This document shows positions 44,623 to 52,994 of a stretch of DNA of 63,881 nt, piece by piece; positions within the stretch are counted from its first letter, which is position 1, and each line of letters opens with the position of its first letter. Under the pieces are notes generated by a model that was not told the DNA's origin, ran no database searches, and worked only from the letters and a program-made list of their open reading frames with translations. The position numbers were made by a program, and so were the translations under genes. Origin of the DNA: Candidatus Omnitrophota bacterium (lineage in GTDB: Bacteria; Omnitrophota; Gorgyraeia; Gygaellales; Profunditerraquicolaceae); NCBI GenBank assembly GCA_018812825.1, contig JAHJCJ010000052.1:1-63881 (forward strand). Reading direction: 5' to 3'.

Positions 44623-45783
44623 ATGTTTAAGTTATCAAAAAAAGTCCAGGCATTACCGCCGTATCTCTTTTTGGAGATCGATAAAGCCAAACGCCAGGCG
44701 CGCCATGAGGGCAGGGATATTATTGATTTGGGAATCGGTGACCCGGATCAGCCTACTGCGAAATTTATTATTGAAGCTTTGTATCGGGCGAGTCAGGATT
44801 CAGCTAACCACCGTTATGCCCTGGATCAGGGTATGCCTGTCTTGCGCCGGGCAATACAGGGATGGTATAAGCGCAGGTTTAATGTTGATTTAAACTCGGA
44901 TACGGAAATATTGCCGTTAATTGGTTCAAAAGAAGGTATTGCGCATTTTCCGCTGGCTTTTTTAAACCACGGGGATATTTCCCTTGTTCCTGATCCATGC
45001 TATCCTCCGTATAAAGGTGGTACGATATTAGCCGCAGGCCGGCCTTATATCATGCCCTTATTGGAATCAAATCATTTTCTTCCTGATTTAGAAAAGGTTA
45101 CCCTGTCAGCGCGCAAAAAAGCAAAAGTTATTTTTATCAATTATCCTAATAATCCCACTAGTGCCTGCGCGAGTGATGATTTTTATCGGCAACTTATTGA
45201 ATTCTCCGTCAGGAATAAAATTATAATTATTTCGGATTTAGCTTATTCTGAAATGGCTTATGATGGTTATAAGCCGCGCAGCCTTTTGGAGTTTTCGGGA
45301 GCAAGAGAGATAGTAGTTGAGTTTCACTCCTTGTCAAAGACTTATAATATGACTGGTTGGCGTATTGGTTGGGCAAGCGGGAACAGCCAATTAATCTCTG
45401 CTTTGGCTAAGGTAAAATCTAATATTGATTCAGGAATATTTTCTGCAATTCAGCTGGCAGGGGTTGCGGCTATTGATGGGCCTCAGGATTATTTAAAATC
45501 GATGTGCGAGATTTATCAGGAGAGGCGGGATATTTTGGTTGATGGTCTTTGCGCCTTAGGCTGGAACGCCATAAGGTCAAAAGCTACCTTTTATGTTTGG
45601 ATAAAGATTCCTACTAAATCAGATTCTATAAAATTTGCCGCAAGGCTGCTTAAGGAGTCTGATATCGTAGTTACTCCCGGAGTAGGCTTTGGTAAATATG
45701 GCGAAGGTTATATTCGTATGGCGCTTACGGTATCAAAAGAGCGGATAAAAGAGGCCCTGGAACGTATAAAGAAAATATTTTAA
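44623..45783 (+). CDS. dapL: LL-diaminopimelate aminotransferase
   Basis: ALPPYLF..ID, NYPNNPT, and SLSKTYNMTGWR (PLP Lys). ATG 44623 chosen. Confidence 0.85.
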   Translation: MFKLSKKVQALPPYLFLEIDKAKRQARHEGRDIIDLGIGDPDQPTAKFIIEALYRASQDSANHRYALDQGMPVLRRAIQGWYKRRFNVDLNSDTEILPLIGSKEGIAHFPLAFLNHGDISLVPDPCYPPYKGGTILAAGRPYIMPLLESNHFLPDLEKVTLSARKKAKVIFINYPNNPTSACASDDFYRQLIEFSVRNKIIIISDLAYSEMAYDGYKPRSLLEFSGAREIVVEFHSLSKTYNMTGWRIGWASGNSQLISALAKVKSNIDSGIFSAIQLAGVAAIDGPQDYLKSMCEIYQERRDILVDGLCALGWNAIRSKATFYVWIKIPTKSDSIKFAARLLKESDIVVTPGVGFGKYGEGYIRMALTVSKERIKEALERIKKIF

Positions 45784-46184
45784 TGATGATTTGCTATCTC
45801 GGGATAGGTTCAAACTTGGGCAATCGTAAAAAGAATATCAAATTGGCTACTAAAAAGATTAACGCATTAGAAAATACCCGGGTGCTCAAAAAATCTAAGG
45901 TTATGGAGAGTCTGCCTGTGGGTGGTCCGGGCGGACAGCATAATTTTTTAAATACCGCATTAAAAATAGATACTAAATTATCTGCTTTAATCTTGCTCAA
46001 GAAGTTAAAAGAAATTGAAAATCAATTGGGCAGGAAGAAAACTGTGCGCTTCGGACCCAGGGTAATTGATTTGGATATTCTGCTTTATGCAGACCAGGTT
46101 AAAAGCAGCAAAGCATTGAATATACCGCATCCGCGCATGTTTGTGCGGGATTTTGTAATTAAGCCATTAATGGAGGTCTTATGA
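45783..46184 (+). CDS. folK: 2-amino-4-hydroxy-6-hydroxymethyldihydropteridine diphosphokinase
   Basis: LGIGSNLG, GPRVIDLDILLY, PHPRM. Confidence 0.9.
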   Translation: MMICYLGIGSNLGNRKKNIKLATKKINALENTRVLKKSKVMESLPVGGPGGQHNFLNTALKIDTKLSALILLKKLKEIENQLGRKKTVRFGPRVIDLDILLYADQVKSSKALNIPHPRMFVRDFVIKPLMEVL

Positions 46185-47029
46185 AATTTATCCCTGATCT
46201 TGCGAAATTAAGCCTAATAACAGAAAAAATCAGGCAGCTTAAAAAGCGCATAGGTTTTGTGCCTACGATGGGGGCTTTACACGCTGGGCATTTTAGCTTG
46301 ATTAACCAGGCGCGTAAAGAAAATGATGTAGTAGTGGTGAGTATTTTTGTTAATCCGGCGCAATTTACGCCGGGAGAAGATTTTAAGAAATATCCCCGCT
46401 ATCTTAAGAGGGATATTGGTTTCTGTCGCAAGTTGGGGGTAGATTTTTTATTCCTGCCGGATAAAAGTGATATTTATCCCCCGGGGTATTCTACTTTTGT
46501 TAATGTGGAAGTTTTGAGTGATGTTCTTTGTGGGGCCAGCCGGCCTGGGCATTTCCGCGGCGTGGCAACTATTGTGGCTAAGCTGCTGAATATCATCCAG
46601 CCGGACACGCTTTATCTGGGCCAAAAAGATGTCCAGCAGGCAATTATTATTTCCCGGATGGTTAAAGATTTAAATTTTCCGGTTAAAGTAAAAGTCGTAC
46701 CTACTGTACGTCAAGAAGATGGATTGGCGTTAAGTTCACGTAACGCCAATTTAAGTAAGAACGAAAGGTCTGGTGCGGTAGTTTTATTCAAGGCCTTGCG
46801 GCTTGCAGAGACCTTGGTTAGTAATGGCCAGCGTAATGCCAGCAGAATAATAAGCAGGATGAAACAACTTATTGAAAAGAATAAACAGGTTAAGATTGAT
46901 TACATTGCGATTGTTGACCAAGAGAGGCTTAGGCGGTTAAAGAAAGTTAAGCCAAGAAGTTTAATTGTTTTGGCTGCTAAGATCGGCAAGACCAGGCTTA
47001 TTGATAACACGATTATTGATTATTCCTAA
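46181..47029 (+). CDS. panC: Pantoate-beta-alanine ligase
   Basis: PTMGALHAGHFSLI, GQKDVQQ. Confidence 0.94.
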   Translation: MKFIPDLAKLSLITEKIRQLKKRIGFVPTMGALHAGHFSLINQARKENDVVVVSIFVNPAQFTPGEDFKKYPRYLKRDIGFCRKLGVDFLFLPDKSDIYPPGYSTFVNVEVLSDVLCGASRPGHFRGVATIVAKLLNIIQPDTLYLGQKDVQQAIIISRMVKDLNFPVKVKVVPTVRQEDGLALSSRNANLSKNERSGAVVLFKALRLAETLVSNGQRNASRIISRMKQLIEKNKQVKIDYIAIVDQERLRRLKKVKPRSLIVLAAKIGKTRLIDNTIIDYS

Positions 47030-47030
47030 A

Positions 47031-47858
47031 ATGAATCGGAGAGCGCGGCTTAAAATCGGTATTGTTGGTTGCGGGGCAATTGGCAGCTCCTTAGCGAAGG
47101 AGATAGTTATGGGTTTGCGTAAAGACGCCTGTCTAGTAGCTCTGTATGATATAAGGTTAGAAAAGGCTCAATCGCTTTCCAAAAAGTTAACCGGGGATGT
47201 GAAGTTGTGTGTGGTTAATTTAAAAGTTTTAATCAGGCGCTCAGATTTAGTAATTGAGGCATCTTCCGCAAAGGCGTCTTGGGGTATTGCATCACAATCT
47301 TTATCTGGGGGATGCAAGGTTATGGTTATGAGCGTAGGAGGAATGGTCGGGCATCTAGATCAGGTATACTTATTATGCAAAAAGAATAACGGGATGGTTT
47401 ATTTTCCCAGCGGAGCTATCTCGGGGGTAGATGCCTTAAAGGCGGCAAATATAGCAGGAGTGCAGAAGGTAACTTTAACTACGCGCAAAAACCCAAATGC
47501 ATTTAGCGGCGTGGAATATGTGGCAAAGCATTTTAAACTTGCGGGTTTAAAACATGATAAACTCTTGTTTAATGGCAGTGCTGCTCAAGCAGTAAAATAT
47601 TTCCCGCAGAATGTTAATGTTGCGGCAGTGCTGGGGTTAGCCGGCATAGGTACACGCAAAACCCGGGTGCGCATAATCGCTAGCCCACGGGTTAAGAAGA
47701 ATATCCATGAAATCGAGATTGAATCTAAGGCAGCTAAAATCTTTACGCGCACCGAGAATATTCTCCACCCGCAGAATCCTAAGACCAGCTTTTTGGCGGT
47801 GCTCTCGGCAATCGCGACTTTAAAGCAGATTTTACAGCCGATAAAGATCGGCACGTAA
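47031..47858 (+). CDS. nadX: L-aspartate dehydrogenase
   Basis: IGIVGCGAIG Rossmann motif, colinear with NadX. ATG 47031 chosen, 1 nt after the panC stop. Confidence 0.8.
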   Translation: MNRRARLKIGIVGCGAIGSSLAKEIVMGLRKDACLVALYDIRLEKAQSLSKKLTGDVKLCVVNLKVLIRRSDLVIEASSAKASWGIASQSLSGGCKVMVMSVGGMVGHLDQVYLLCKKNNGMVYFPSGAISGVDALKAANIAGVQKVTLTTRKNPNAFSGVEYVAKHFKLAGLKHDKLLFNGSAAQAVKYFPQNVNVAAVLGLAGIGTRKTRVRIIASPRVKKNIHEIEIESKAAKIFTRTENILHPQNPKTSFLAVLSAIATLKQILQPIKIGT

Positions 47859-48017
47859 TTTAAGGTGATGCCCCGCCGTATTCTTGCATTCTGCTGGAAT
47901 ACAAGAGGCGGGATTTCGTTAAATAAGAGCATAAGGTGTTCAAATTCACACATTGATTTACTCATACGGATGTATTCGTAAATCAAGTGTTCATTAAGAA
48001 AGGGGGTGAATCAGAAA

Positions 48018-48257
48018 ATGGCAGATAAAGTACTGAAAGTGGGAGTAAAGAGGGAGAAAGGTTATCTCTATTATATTGACAAGCAGGGTGATGTCTCTTG
48101 TGCGAAGATGGCCAGAGGCTCTAAAAAAGGAGGTAGCCCTAAGAAGGTAGCCAAATGTGGTATCAAAAGAAAAGTAGGCTATCTTTATTTCTTAGATAAG
48201 AAGGGTGATGTCTCTTGTGCTAAAATGAAAAGAGGCGGAAAGAAGAAAAAGAAGTAA
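48018..48257 (+). CDS. Small, highly basic protein made of two ~35-aa tandem repeats
   Basis: K.G.KR..GYLY(Y/F).DK.GDVSCAKM.RG.KK occurs twice. SD AAGGGGG precedes ATG 48018. Confidence 0.65.
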   Translation: MADKVLKVGVKREKGYLYYIDKQGDVSCAKMARGSKKGGSPKKVAKCGIKRKVGYLYFLDKKGDVSCAKMKRGGKKKKK

Positions 48258-48272
48258 ATTTCCGGCTTTTGA

Positions 48273-48427
48273 AAAAGTATAGCCCCTGTATAATAAAATT
48301 CCTCGGACTAAAGTCGAGGCCCAAAAAGATGGATACTTGAGCGGCCATTGTAAAATTGCCAAAAGGCCAAAGATTTAGGCTGCAAAAGTATGAATTAATC
48401 TTTCTAAATTTACAGGGGCTTACTTTT
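48273..48427 (+). other. 155-nt element closed by a 17-bp long-range stem and followed by a T-run
   Basis: AAAAGTATAGCCCCTGTA (48273-48290) pairs with TACAGGGGCTTACTTTT (48411-48427), leaving a 1-nt bulge. Confidence 0.4.
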
Positions 48428-48429
48428 TA

Positions 48430-48438
48430 TGCTATAAT
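48430..48438 (+). promoter_or_regulatory. Extended -10 element of the glycosyltransferase/uvrA/TPR operon
   Basis: TGcTATAAT. Confidence 0.4.
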
Positions 48439-48483
48439 TTAGCCAATGTTTTAGAATACCTACCGGCCAGCAGGGGATTAATA

Positions 48484-50115
48484 ATGAATAAAGTCTTTGT
48501 AGTAATTCTATCATTTATTTGCCTGGTTATCTATGCTGGCTACCTGGATAACGGGTTTGTTTTTGATGATAAGATCTTGGTTGAGGAAAACCCGTTGATT
48601 AAATCTGCGCACCTTCTGCCAAATATTTTTAGAACCGGAATATATGACTATTGGGCCGGAATGCAGCCTTATGACCGGATGTATCGGCCGATGCAGATGC
48701 TTTCATATTATCTGGATTATAATCTTTGGGGGCTTAACCCTGCGGGCTTTAGGTTTAGCAATATACTATTACATTTGTTTAATTCCATCCTGGTATTTTA
48801 TCTACTTATTTTAGTTTTTAACTATAAATTACTTGCTGCTGCAAGTAGTATTTTGTTTTTGGCGCATCCAGTGCATATCTCTACGGTGGCGTATATTTCG
48901 GCCCGGGGTGACCTGTTAAGTGCATTTTTTATTTTGGCCTGCTGTGTCTTATTTCTAAAATTTCTGGGTTCAAAAAACTATGCATTCTATTTCTTGAGCA
49001 TCTTTGCAGCAGCTCTTGCGTTTTTAAGCCGGGAGAATGCGTTACTTATAATATTCTTTTTAACACTTATCATTTTATTTTTAGTTAAAAACGGGGCTAG
49101 ATTTAAATACTTATCCGGTTTTTTTGTTTTGTCATTAGTTTATCTAGCGGTAAGATTTATTATTTTTGGCCCGAGCGGGCTGGCAGCTCATACGGATTAT
49201 ATTAAAGGGGCACTTTTACTATTCAATTTTTTTAATATAATCTGTCATTATATCTTATTGTTGCTTTGGCCGGTTAATTTACGCATGTTTAACTCTACTG
49301 TTTTTATTAGCCAATTAAGCATTCCGGCCCTGCTCTTATCCATAGTAGGATTAATTTTGATATTAGCCGTAATATTAAAATGTCAGAAAATTAAACAGCC
49401 TTCTGCGGTGCTTAGTTTTGGTTTATTCTGGTTTTTGCTGGGAATTATACCGGTTTATTTTTATTTTGATGCATATCCGGCTTTAGGAAGGGCGCTTATG
49501 GCAGAAAGCTGGCTTTATTTACCCAGCATTGGATTCTGCGCGGGTTTCGCGTATTTATGTTTATTAAATAAAAGAGGCAAATTAATCATAGTTGCTTGTG
49601 TAGCGATTTTGGGAAGTTTGGTGGCGGTTAATAGGGGTTATTGGCGTAATGATGTAACTTTCTATGAGAGGGCGTTACAGTTTTTACCGCAAGATAGTAT
49701 TATTTTGAGAAATCTGACTACTGCGTATATAGAATCCGGAGATTTTCCAAAGGCTTATGAGGCAATCAAAGAACTTGAGAAATATTACGCGGATACTCCG
49801 GTTATAAATTTGGCTTGGGGCCAATATTATTTTGCCCGGGGTCAGGCAAAAGAAGCGTTAAGCTATTATCAGCGGATATTGAGTAAAAGTTTTTCTAGTA
49901 ACTATTCCATAAGTTTATGTTATGCTAAATTAGGTGATCTTGATAAGGCTATTGCATTTAGCCGGGTGAGTTTTACCCAGAATCCGTTTTTCCAGAAGAA
50001 TATTATACAATTAGCCAGGCTTTATAATAAAACCGGGCAACTAGAGCAGGCAAATAAATATTTACTTTTAGCTAAACAGCTTGACCCAAAGGGTAGGTAC
50101 GTTTTACTTAAATGA
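48484..50115 (+). CDS. Polytopic PMT/ArnT-like glycosyltransferase with C-terminal TPR repeats
   Basis: About 11 hydrophobic helices followed by TPR-like repeats (AYEAIKELEKYY..., ALSYYQRIL...). Confidence 0.65.
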   Translation: MNKVFVVILSFICLVIYAGYLDNGFVFDDKILVEENPLIKSAHLLPNIFRTGIYDYWAGMQPYDRMYRPMQMLSYYLDYNLWGLNPAGFRFSNILLHLFNSILVFYLLILVFNYKLLAAASSILFLAHPVHISTVAYISARGDLLSAFFILACCVLFLKFLGSKNYAFYFLSIFAAALAFLSRENALLIIFFLTLIILFLVKNGARFKYLSGFFVLSLVYLAVRFIIFGPSGLAAHTDYIKGALLLFNFFNIICHYILLLLWPVNLRMFNSTVFISQLSIPALLLSIVGLILILAVILKCQKIKQPSAVLSFGLFWFLLGIIPVYFYFDAYPALGRALMAESWLYLPSIGFCAGFAYLCLLNKRGKLIIVACVAILGSLVAVNRGYWRNDVTFYERALQFLPQDSIILRNLTTAYIESGDFPKAYEAIKELEKYYADTPVINLAWGQYYFARGQAKEALSYYQRILSKSFSSNYSISLCYAKLGDLDKAIAFSRVSFTQNPFFQKNIIQLARLYNKTGQLEQANKYLLLAKQLDPKGRYVLLK

Positions 50116-52994
50116 AAAGCGAAAATATCATTATCCGTGGAGCCAGGGAGCATAATCTTAAGAGCATCAACCTGGATTTGCCGCGCAATAAACTGATTGT
50201 TATAACCGGTTTATCAGGGTCCGGAAAGTCCAGCCTTGCGTTTGATACGATTTATGCCGAAGGCCAGCGCAGGTTTGTAGAGAGCCTCTCCAGCTATGCC
50301 CGGCAGTTCCTAGAGCAGCTGCAGAAACCGGATGTGGATTATATCTCTGGTTTATCCCCGGCGATTGCCATTGAGCAACGTTCTGCCGGAGGCAATCCCC
50401 GTTCAACCGTTGCTACACAAACAGAAATTTATGATTACTTAAGGTTGTTATTTGCCAGGATGGGAAGAGTCCATTGTTATAAATGTGGCCAGTTGATTCA
50501 AAGTCAAAGCGCGCAGGAGATAGTGGAATCAATTATGAGTACCCAGGCAAATAACGATGTGCAGATCCTTGCCGGTTTAATCCAGGGTAAAAAAGGAGTA
50601 CATAAAGATATATTTTTGCAAATTCAAAAATCTGGATTTGTGCGTGCCAGGGTCGATGGTAAAATCTATGAACTGCCCGCAGAGATAAAATTAGCTAGAT
50701 ATAAACTCCACAATATAGAAGTAGTGGTTGATCGTTTGAATGTCAAGCCGGATGTTTTGAAAAGGCTTACGGATTCCGTAGAGACTGCCCTTAAAGTAGG
50801 CAAGGGCACGGTTATTATTGCTAAAGCAGGTGCATACCGGGACTCAATTTTTAGCGAAAAATATGCCTGCGTTAATTGCGGAATAAACTATGCAGAAATT
50901 AACCCGCGAAATTTTTCCTTTAATTCTCCTTATGGAGCTTGTCCTGGATGCAATGGTTTAGGTACTAAACTTGAGTTTGACCCGGATTTAATTATTCCGG
51001 ATAAAAATAAAAGTATTAATGCCGGAGCCCTTGAGCCGTGGAAGCGCGGCGGCAGAGGCTATATTCTTTATTATCGCTGGTTGATACGGGAGTTAAGCCA
51101 CCGCCTGAATTTTTCTTTAGATGAGCCTTTTAAGAAATTACCCAAGTCTGTGCAGAAGGCAATCCTTTATGGCGCAGATGAGTTGATTGGCAATTGGCCA
51201 GAGGGCCATGGTTTAGCTTCCTCTAGCCAAAGCCATAAGCCATTTGAAGGGGTTATCCCGCATTTAGAAAGGCTGTTTCATCAGACAGACAGCGATTATT
51301 TGAAAGAGGAGATCAGCAGGTTCATGTCCAGCCTCCCCTGTCCAGCATGTAAAGGCGCCAGGCTTAAGCCGGAAAGTTTATCCGTGAGGATTAACCAAAA
51401 GAATATTTGGGAGATTACCCGTATGCCCATAAAAGAAGCGATAAATTTCTTTTCCGGCCTGAAATTAACGCAAAAAGAAAAATTAGTGAGTTATCAGGCA
51501 TTAAAAGAAATAACCCAGAAATTGAAGTTTTGCGTTGATGTTGGTCTGGATTATTTAACTTTGGATCGTAAAAGCTCTACTTTGTCCGGTGGAGAGGCAC
51601 AAAGAATACACTTAGCTACGCAGGTTGGTTCTGGGCTGGTGGGAGTTTTATATGTTTTGGATGAACCGAGTATTGGTTTACATCAGCGGGACAATGCAAA
51701 GTTGCTGACTACTTTAAAGGCATTGCGGGATTTAGGCAATACCTTGGTGGTGGTTGAACATGACCAATCTACTATTTTAAGCGCGGATCATATTGTGGAT
51801 TTAGGCCCCGGGGCAGGCAGGCATGGAGGTAAGGTTATTTTTTCCGGCGATAAAGAGGGGCTTCTAAGAAGTAAAGATTCTTTAACTGCAAAATATATCC
51901 GCAAGGATCTTTCGATTCAACCTCCTGCAAATAGGCGCCCCTGGCGGGATAAGAAATATATTGAGATAAAAGGAGCTTCTGAGCATAATCTTAAGAATAT
52001 TGATTTGCGTTTTCCTTTAGGTACTCTTATTTGTGTGACTGGCGTATCAGGTTCAGGTAAATCTACTTTAATTACGGATATACTTTATCCAGCATTGGTT
52101 CAGAAGATTTGTGGTTTTGGCAATCGGAAGCCAAACCATGGCCTCCTGGCCTATCGGTCTAAGGTAAAACCCGGGGCATTTAAAGCCATAAACGGAACGC
52201 AGGAGATTGACCAGGTAATTGTGGTTGACCAGCAGCCAATCGGCAGGACCCCGCGTTCAAACCCGGCAACTTACACCGGGGTATTTGCTCATATAAGAGA
52301 TTTATTCGTCCAGCTTCCGGAGGCGCGCCAGCGGGGTTATAAGCCGGGGAGATTTTCGTTTAATGTTAAAGGCGGCCGATGTGAGTCCTGCGGAGGCGAC
52401 GGAATAAAGAAGATCGAGATGCACTTTTTACCTGATGTATATGTAAAGTGCGAGTTGTGCAAGGGGCTAAGGTTTAATAATGCGACCTTAGAGGTAAAAT
52501 ATAAAGGTAAATCTATAGCAGATGTTTTAGAGATGACTGTTGAGGAGGGTTTGGAGTTGTTCAGTAATATCCCGAGAATAAAAAACACTTTTGGATATTT
52601 AAATGATGTGGGATTAGGCTATATTCAATTGGGCCAGAGTGCCACTACTCTTTCCGGAGGAGAGGCTCAAAGGATAAAACTTTCTTCGGAATTATGCAAA
52701 CGCTCAACCGGAAAAACCCTCTATCTCCTGGATGAGCCAACTACCGGTTTACATTTTGCCGACGTAGCCAGATTAATATCTGTGTTACAGAAATTAGTTG
52801 AACGTAGCAATACTGTTGTGGTGGTTGAGCATAATTTAGAGGTAATCAAATGCGCGGATTATATTATTGACCTGGGCCCTGAGGGCGGGGATAAGGGTGG
52901 AGAGCTTGTCGCTTCCTGTAGCCCGGAAGAGTTGATTAAAATAAACAAATCTTTTACTGCCAAGTTTCTCAGGGAAGCTTTAATAAAAACATGA
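50112..52994 (+). CDS. uvrA: Excinuclease ABC subunit A
   Basis: [50 protein letters not shown] (twice). 960 aa. Confidence 0.96.
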   Translation: MKSENIIIRGAREHNLKSINLDLPRNKLIVITGLSGSGKSSLAFDTIYAEGQRRFVESLSSYARQFLEQLQKPDVDYISGLSPAIAIEQRSAGGNPRSTVATQTEIYDYLRLLFARMGRVHCYKCGQLIQSQSAQEIVESIMSTQANNDVQILAGLIQGKKGVHKDIFLQIQKSGFVRARVDGKIYELPAEIKLARYKLHNIEVVVDRLNVKPDVLKRLTDSVETALKVGKGTVIIAKAGAYRDSIFSEKYACVNCGINYAEINPRNFSFNSPYGACPGCNGLGTKLEFDPDLIIPDKNKSINAGALEPWKRGGRGYILYYRWLIRELSHRLNFSLDEPFKKLPKSVQKAILYGADELIGNWPEGHGLASSSQSHKPFEGVIPHLERLFHQTDSDYLKEEISRFMSSLPCPACKGARLKPESLSVRINQKNIWEITRMPIKEAINFFSGLKLTQKEKLVSYQALKEITQKLKFCVDVGLDYLTLDRKSSTLSGGEAQRIHLATQVGSGLVGVLYVLDEPSIGLHQRDNAKLLTTLKALRDLGNTLVVVEHDQSTILSADHIVDLGPGAGRHGGKVIFSGDKEGLLRSKDSLTAKYIRKDLSIQPPANRRPWRDKKYIEIKGASEHNLKNIDLRFPLGTLICVTGVSGSGKSTLITDILYPALVQKICGFGNRKPNHGLLAYRSKVKPGAFKAINGTQEIDQVIVVDQQPIGRTPRSNPATYTGVFAHIRDLFVQLPEARQRGYKPGRFSFNVKGGRCESCGGDGIKKIEMHFLPDVYVKCELCKGLRFNNATLEVKYKGKSIADVLEMTVEEGLELFSNIPRIKNTFGYLNDVGLGYIQLGQSATTLSGGEAQRIKLSSELCKRSTGKTLYLLDEPTTGLHFADVARLISVLQKLVERSNTVVVVEHNLEVIKCADYIIDLGPEGGDKGGELVASCSPEELIKINKSFTAKFLREALIKT
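51196..51239 (+). repeat. 44-nt palindromic element, in-frame copy in uvrA (forward)
   Basis: GGCCAGAGGGCCATGGTTTAGCTTCCTCTAGCCAAAGCCATAAG, encoding [14 protein letters not shown]. Confidence 0.85.
52108..52151 (-). repeat. 44-nt palindromic element, in-frame copy in uvrA (reverse orientation)
   Basis: The + strand reads TTTGTGGTTTTGGCAATCGGAAGCCAAACCATGGCCTCCTGGCC, encoding [14 protein letters not shown]. Confidence 0.8.

Noticed and set aside
48466-48478. The 13-mer GCCAGCAGGGGAT shared with leu element R1, as a full fourth copy of that element.
   Set aside because: Only the 13-mer matches and the rest of the element is absent. It overlaps the likely SD of the glycosyltransferase gene, so I mention it under the leu finding but do not call it a copy.
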